The notes below the pieces were generated by a model. The model did not search any database. It was not told where the DNA came from and worked only from the letters and a program-made list of their open reading frames with translations. A stretch of 63,277 nucleotides of DNA, the filler included, from Trichomonas gallinae (lineage: Eukaryota), in the NCBI GenBank assembly GCA_008369845.1. It is 10 parts of 10 records of this genome, joined end to end, with 100 filler letters (N's around TTAATTAATTAA, not from the genome) between each part and the next. Parts side by side here need not be neighbours in the genome. Positions count along the whole stretch, not along the records: positions 56,789 to 58,282 come from MRSU01001163.1; positions 58,383 to 59,429 come from MRSU01001166.1; positions 59,530 to 61,286 come from MRSU01001167.1; positions 61,387 to 63,277 come from MRSU01001173.1; 6 more parts are not named here. One strand, 5' to 3'. Made by a program: the position numbers and the translations under genes. Position 1 is the first letter of the stretch. Each line of letters starts with the position of its first letter. Positions 57,856-63,277 of the stretch are shown in pieces.

Positions 57856-58282
57856 ATGAACGTTAGCATAGATCCCGTACCCTATGTATCGTGGACCGAC
57901 GAAGAGTTCAATACAATCATAGAGGAAATAGAGAACAGCGTTCCTGATGCCCTAGAGGCTATCAGTGGTGCTGCTGAGCAACAAAAAAAATTCGTCGAAC
58001 AAAACATCTCAGAAAAACGAGCTACGAAGCAATCTATACCACCTACGGACCCTTACTATGCTACAGTTGCGAAGAGATTACAGGTTCTCAAGCAGAAAAA
58101 TTTTTACATTTTTCAGATCAAAAACAAACTCGACAACATACAGCTCAACTACAACACATTCATTCACCTACACGACCTCAAACCACACACTACACAAAAG
58201 ACTCCAAACGAAGAAAAATTTTTGGAAGAATCTCAAAGGAAGCTACTTCAAAGGGCAACCGACCCAGAATTGCAACAACTAA
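57856..58282 (+). CDS. Unknown helical protein, 3' cut by gap
   Basis: ATG preceded by Inr-like TCATTT; frame open into the gap. Confidence 0.6.
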
Positions 58283-58382
58283 NNNNNNNNNNNNNNNNNN
58301 NNNNNNNNNNNNNNNNNNNNNNNNNNTTAATTAATTAANNNNNNNNNNNNNNNNNNNNNNNNNNNNNNNNNNNNNNNNNNNN
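58283..58382. other. Artificial contig linker
   Basis: N44-TTAATTAATTAA-N44. Confidence 0.99.
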
Positions 58383-58384
58383 TT

Positions 58385-58720
58385 CAGGGATGTAAGAAGT
58401 GCAATAATCCTTCTCATTGCGATGTGTGTGAAGACAATAAATATAATCTTAATGGAATTTGTTCTGATACTTGTAGTAATGGATTCTATGCTACATCAGA
58501 TAGAAAATGTAGAACATGTGATGATAATTGTGCAACATGTTCATATTCTCCAACAAAATGCAGCTCATGCAAATCAGGTAAATTTTTGAATGTCTCAACA
58601 TGTATTGATGATTGTGGTATTGGTTATTATAATAATATTGATACGAGAAGATGCGAAAAAAATCGGAAAACATTAAGCATTAATCATTTTTATAGATGGA
58701 AAAAGGCATTTAAGTTTTAA
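58385..58720 (+). CDS. Furin-like CXXC cysteine-rich repeat protein, 3' fragment
   Basis: CRTCDDNCATCSYSPTKCSSCKSGKFL...CIDDCGIGYY repeats; ends abruptly without TM. Confidence 0.75.
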   Translation, partial: QGCKKCNNPSHCDVCEDNKYNLNGICSDTCSNGFYATSDRKCRTCDDNCATCSYSPTKCSSCKSGKFLNVSTCIDDCGIGYYNNIDTRRCEKNRKTLSINHFYRWKKAFKF

Positions 58721-59429
58721 ATCTTCATTGTATTAGTTTACAATCAATATATTTTCCATTAATATGCATTTCTATATGTTAAAAAAAACGATTTGTCTAT
58801 TTGAAAAAATAAAATAGTTACTTTATAAAAGTCTGGAGCTGAGATGTATTAACAGTTGATAACAATATAATTATCCAAAATAATGATGAGCTTGCTTTAT
58901 TCTAGGAAATAATTTACCTATTATTGGTAACTTGTAACTCTTTCAAATTAACCATAGTTAAATGTAACAGAAAAAATATTTGGTTATAATTTAGATGATA
59001 TTCTTTATCGAAATCAATAAAGATGACATTTAGAATTATTGTAACTTCATAGAAAAATTATACAAGATGATACTTTTGTTTGCTAATATTGTCAAAATAA
59101 AGATAGAACATAATATTTTCAATAATGATTTTTCTATTCCAATAACTCATGATTCTTGATAATCAACGCAGCATTGTAGAATACTCAAATGTTCTTCATC
59201 ATTAATTCTGATGTTCTTTGAACATGTCGGCAATTCACTTAATATTCTGAGCACTAACTTATTATTTAAGGATGCCCTAACCCCCCTCATTATTTGATAC
59301 CTTCATAACTGTGAATTGGCTGTACTTACAAGCTCTAAACTTACAAATAATTTACTATTGTTTTTGAAGAATATAGTACATATAAAGATTTGTCTATATA
59401 TGCTATATTGGTCGAAATTAAATTTCTAT

Positions 59430-59529
59430 NNNNNNNNNNNNNNNNNNNNNNNNNNNNNNNNNNNNNNNNNNNNTTAATTAATTAANNNNNNNNNNNNNNN
59501 NNNNNNNNNNNNNNNNNNNNNNNNNNNNN
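59430..59529. other. Artificial contig linker
   Basis: N44-TTAATTAATTAA-N44. Confidence 0.99.
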
Positions 59530-59609
59530 ATTGGGGGTCATGAATCCTGACTTAGATCCGCGCGGGACACGTGCGAAGCACGTGGCAGAGCGCCATGTGT
59601 GTGTGTATA
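59530..59609. mobile_element. GC-rich structured repeat terminus joined to the retroelement RT region
   Basis: CACGTGC-GAA-GCACGTG hairpin, GTCA-7nt-TGAC hairpin, (TG)5TATA end; 80 bp from contig start. Confidence 0.45.
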
Positions 59610-61127
59610 GACTACCTCGGAGTAATGGTATCCAACAACAGGAAACAACGTTGGATTTCAGCTGAAGAAGTCTTCATAGAGTAAATTCAAAACCTCAGAC
59701 AGCTTGCAAGAGTTCCATTCAGATTCAACCAGAAAATTGATGCAATCAAGAGATTCATAACACCTTCATTAGATTATGCTCTAACAAATGGAGAAGTCAG
59801 AGAGCAATTGATTGAACAATACGAAAAAGAAATCAGACATATAATCACTTCGCATCTAAAGTGTAAAAACATTCCATTAGAGTTCAGTTCTATAGATTGG
59901 AAAGATGGAGGACTCGCTCTCCAGCCTATCAGAGAAAGAAAGAAGATACTCAAAGTCAAAACATTCATTTCCTTGTTCAACTCTAACACAACTGAAACAA
60001 GGAAAACAATACGTGATCTAACGAACAACGAGAGAAGATTTCAAGGTATAAGACAAATACAAACAGACACAAGTAGATTCCTTGACTGGGATACAAACCA
60101 AAGCGGTGAAATAGTCAATCAACACTCCGGCACGGATAGTGTTGCGAACAAAGCGTGCAAAGCAGCAAAAGAACTAGAAATAATAGTTAGGATGAAAGAA
60201 GAGGTAGCCGTTGTAACAAATATTCACGAAGAATTCGAAGAAGTCAGCAGGAAAGCGATCACTAAAAGATTAACAGCGCTATCACGTGAGAAGAAGCTTA
60301 AAAATTTACGGAGAAAAACACTTCATGGACACACTTTCCTCACAACCAAAGAAAACTGTAATTATTTCCTTGGTAACAGGCACTCGAGAATGTCCGAGAA
60401 GATGATGAAATTCGCGAATTTGACTCCACACCACAATGCAGTCATTGGAATTCTCACCAAAGAGATTCGAAAGACATTCGGTGTAGCTCCAATAATTGAC
60501 AGAGCAGTCAAGTTCAGAGGATGAGCACTATAGGGCGATGTTAGCAGACTCCGCCCGGACATGCAATTCTATGATAGAAGTAAGAACACATTAAGACTAA
60601 TAGAAGTCACAATCCCGTATGGAGAAATGAAAAACGACAACGTAGGCAACAGAATAAACTCGCTTGAACTCAAATACAACGAAAAACATAACAAATACGC
60701 AGATCTTTTAAGAGAAATCGAAAATCAATTCAACATTAGAGCTAAACTAACAGTCTTAGTCATATCATCCTTAGGAGTTCCATATGAAAAATCTACCACA
60801 GACTTAAGGACAATATTCAAATGGAAGAAGTAACAACTCAACTTAGTGCTAAGAGGCCTGGTTTATGAAACCATAAGGCACTCATATCTTCTGTTCTACA
60901 ACATCCTGCCGCGCTCAAATGAAGGACGACAAACACAGTTAAATGTAAACAACCTAGGCGATGAAGCAGCGGAGGAGCCAGACACAGAGGATGAAGAAGA
61001 GCCAATAGACGATAATGACGAAGAACCACTAGACGAAGATGACGAAGTGGACTCAATTGCAGATAGTGAAGACGAAGGAAGATACATTGATGAAATAGAA
61101 GAAGAATTGGTATCAGAAGAAATTTAA
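59610..61127 (+). mobile_element. Decayed RLE-type non-LTR retrotransposon (NeSL/R2-group): RT C-terminus + restriction-like endonuclease
   Basis: DYLGV, QKIDAIKRFITPSLDY, WKDGGL, HHNAV, RLRPDM, LIEVTIPY, EKHNKY, VISSLG all in one frame with four stops. Confidence 0.88.
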
Positions 61128-61250
61128 GAATTAGAATTTTTGAAAATAACTCTTCAGAGTTTTAACACAACATCAATTTATAATTTAATTTTTTTAGATG
61201 ATACTGTTAAAAGTACTAATATGAATAAAAAGTCCGCGAAGACCCAAATT

Positions 61251-61252
<2 letters not shown>

Positions 61253-61286
<34 letters not shown>
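61253..61286 (-). repeat. T34+ tract into gap, probable poly(A) tail of an oppositely oriented retroposon
   Basis: AAATTTC followed by at least 34 T. Confidence 0.5.
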
Positions 61287-61386
61287 NNNNNNNNNNNNNN
61301 NNNNNNNNNNNNNNNNNNNNNNNNNNNNNNTTAATTAATTAANNNNNNNNNNNNNNNNNNNNNNNNNNNNNNNNNNNNNNNNNNNN
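61287..61386. other. Artificial contig linker
   Basis: N44-TTAATTAATTAA-N44. Confidence 0.99.
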
Positions 61387-61516
61387 TATTTTCCAAAAAA
61401 TCTTCTTACTACGTCATTTTTTTCTTCCAAAGTCATAATTATCTTCCAAAACGACATCCTTATATAAAATTATTACAAACAATTTATAGTATTAAAAACA
61501 TAAAATATAATAAAAA

Positions 61517-63178
61517 TTATTCAGAAGCAGGACTGGAGTATGAATCAACTTCAGAAGCATCACTTGATGATTCAGAGTTAGAGGAAGAAGTTTCAAAGTT
61601 TTCTTCGCTTGAATCATCTGAAACTTGGAATAATTTAAGCATTTCTGCATCATCTTCTTCATTAACCGGCTCAATTTTGTTAGTTTTATTCATTCTACTC
61701 ACTGCAATCGAAAGTCTTTTGTAACAAGTAAGTTTGGTTGATGAAATATATATTTCATTCGGCCAATTTGCTGCAATTGCCTTTCCAAAACAGCATCAAA
61801 CTGTCCAACTTGTTTCGGCGGATCAATTTTAGCTAATATTTTTGAGATTGCTTCAACTAATCGCCACAAAACTTCAAAGAATACTACATCATCAACAAAA
61901 ATGATCTTTGTGATCTCCAAAGCAAGCAGTTCAATGCTAACAACTCTCTCACTGAATTCTGCAGATCTAAATGCTAAAATATCTGATAATATCACGCCAA
62001 AATACATCGGAAGAGTTTTTGCATGTATTAAATCGATATAATTATACATTATATCATAGAACTCATCAAAATCATTTGTCATTAGCGTTAAATAAATCAA
62101 TGCACGCCAGTTTGAGTTCTTTTCCTTTGGATTTACTATTGTTTCGATATTTAAAATTTAAATGGATAAATAGCGTCGTGTTGAACGAGATCGCTAATAA
62201 ACTTGGACAACTGGATCTCTTTGGACACGTTAACAAGCATTTTTCTGTCGATTCTCAGATGATAGCCTAAAAATATTATTCTAACAGCAATCCCAGCATC
62301 ATAACAGTCAGATATAATTGTATATAAGACATCCATGAAGTCAGTTTCGATTTTCTTTCCTGATATTAAACAAGTTGTTATAAAATCGAATCCGTTGACT
62401 GCAATGTTCACAGCATCAGTTATCATAGCTTGATCTTTCGATCGGTCACTTTCTTTGATCAAATTTATTAAAACCATGCAAATTAATAATATTTTTGTAA
62501 TAACTGAATCTGGTATTAATTCTCTGATATAAATGAATCTATCATCAAAGAAGAATCTGTGATTATGTACTTCTTCGACGAATAGCTCATATAAACATTT
62601 GAATAATAATGAAACAAAGAATAAATCATCCGGAAACTCGAAATCTTCATTTTCTAGTGTGTATGTTATGTATTCTGGTGAGAAGAGAGTCAATTCTGGC
62701 CAATATTCTTTATAAATTTTTGTTGAAATGTTTGGATAAGCTCAATATATGTCGTAAATTATGCTCAGGATCTCAATAAATGGTTCTCTATCTTCTTTAC
62801 TGGGTTTTGATCTACATAATATTGAATATATTGCAGGACGTGCGAGAATTGATTGTTTTATCATAGACCTTGAAGCTACCTCTATTAATTGTATATTTTC
62901 CAATTTCTCAAAGTCTGCTGGCATTAAAAATCAAATTGTTTTGAATGAAACAAGAAATGTAAATGCATTACTACTTACTAAGTTATCTAATATATCAGAA
63001 TGCAGGTTATTTGCCTTAACAACTCGTTTTATGTTGTATAATAACATTAAAAGTTCGCCAATTAATTCAGCTTGATAAACTGTTGATATTTAGACAATTT
63101 TAACGAAAAAACCTGGATTAATTGAGTAAGGTAAACAGCTATTTTGAACTATTTTCATGTAAGTAACAACTCTATATG
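61517..63178 (-). pseudogene. Helical-repeat-like gene interrupted by a Maverick-like end, two TGA stops and two 1-bp frameshifts
   Basis: Four track ORFs join up: TGA at 62933-62931 and 62744-62742; one missing T near 62153 and one near 61712. Confidence 0.7.
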
Positions 63179-63277
63179 AGTAGTATATGACGGGGGTTAC
63201 TTGTCATTCTAGATATAGAGGATGTATCCCAACAACGATATTTAGACTTCATATCCGAGCAACTAATTTTTAAGTTA
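63179..63277 (+). mobile_element. Maverick/Polinton-like terminus
   Basis: AGTAGTATATGACGGGGGTTACTTGTCA, homologous to 52361. Confidence 0.7.

Noticed and set aside
59530..59600. HDV-like ribozyme at the LINE 5' end
   Set aside because: A P4-like hairpin and CAGA are present, but I could not build consistent P1, P2 and P3 pairings from the visible sequence
17806..61386. Nine regularly recurring TTAATTAATTAA palindromes
   Set aside because: Each sits in an identical N44-12-N44 block: artificial six-frame-stop linkers. Gene adjacency across them is meaningless
25352..63178. Stop-codon reassignment (TAG/TAA=Gln or TGA=Trp) to explain in-frame stops
   Set aside because: All three stops end intact genes here (TAG 15549, TGA 21282, TAA 5693), and internal stops occur alongside frameshifts in decayed loci
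63190..63240. Third in-frame TGA (LE*QV) in the last gene
   Set aside because: Lies inside the Maverick-like terminus, not in the host gene
1..63277. tRNA, rRNA, snRNA genes and spliceosomal introns
   Set aside because: No cloverleaf/T-loop, rRNA-like block or ACTAACACACAG-type intron 3' end recognised by eye; frameshifts are explained by 1-bp indels. tRNAscan/Infernal not run

Overview
AT-rich eukaryotic genomic DNA from a trichomonad parabasalid (Trichomonas vaginalis or a close relative). The assignment is inferred from intronless compact genes, Inr/M2/M3/M5-type promoter motifs, BspA-like LRR, NlpC/P60, BEACH and ankyrin families, and Maverick-type and NeSL-type elements. The window is not contiguous: it is ten contigs joined by nine artificial 100-bp linkers (44 N + TTAATTAATTAA + 44 N). 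About 25 apparently intact or gap-truncated genes are present, including MCRS1-like FHA, Vps55, WD40, CARMIL-like LRR, SYF2, importin-beta-like, MFS, GT61, endonuclease I, NlpC/P60, a divergent TFIIIC Tfc3-like subunit, rpL22e and BspA. Many disrupted genes are missed or split by the ORF track (BEACH, cystatin, Gly-rich, ankyrin, SPRY, beta-helix). Several contig ends expose 77-99 bp of mobile-element termini: three AGTAGTATATG Maverick-like ends, a Kolobok-like end and a GCGAAGC-hairpin end. Best candidates for something new: (i) a GC-rich contig with a 47-bp-period array of palindromic boxes between divergent genes, one encoding a SAP-like DNA-binding protein; (ii) a shared C-terminal (T/S)C-spacer-hydrophobic tail on unrelated surface families in a lineage reported to lack GPI anchoring; (iii) a minimal poly(A) retro-insertion with a perfect 16-bp TSD. 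All family calls are by motif recognition only; no searches were run.
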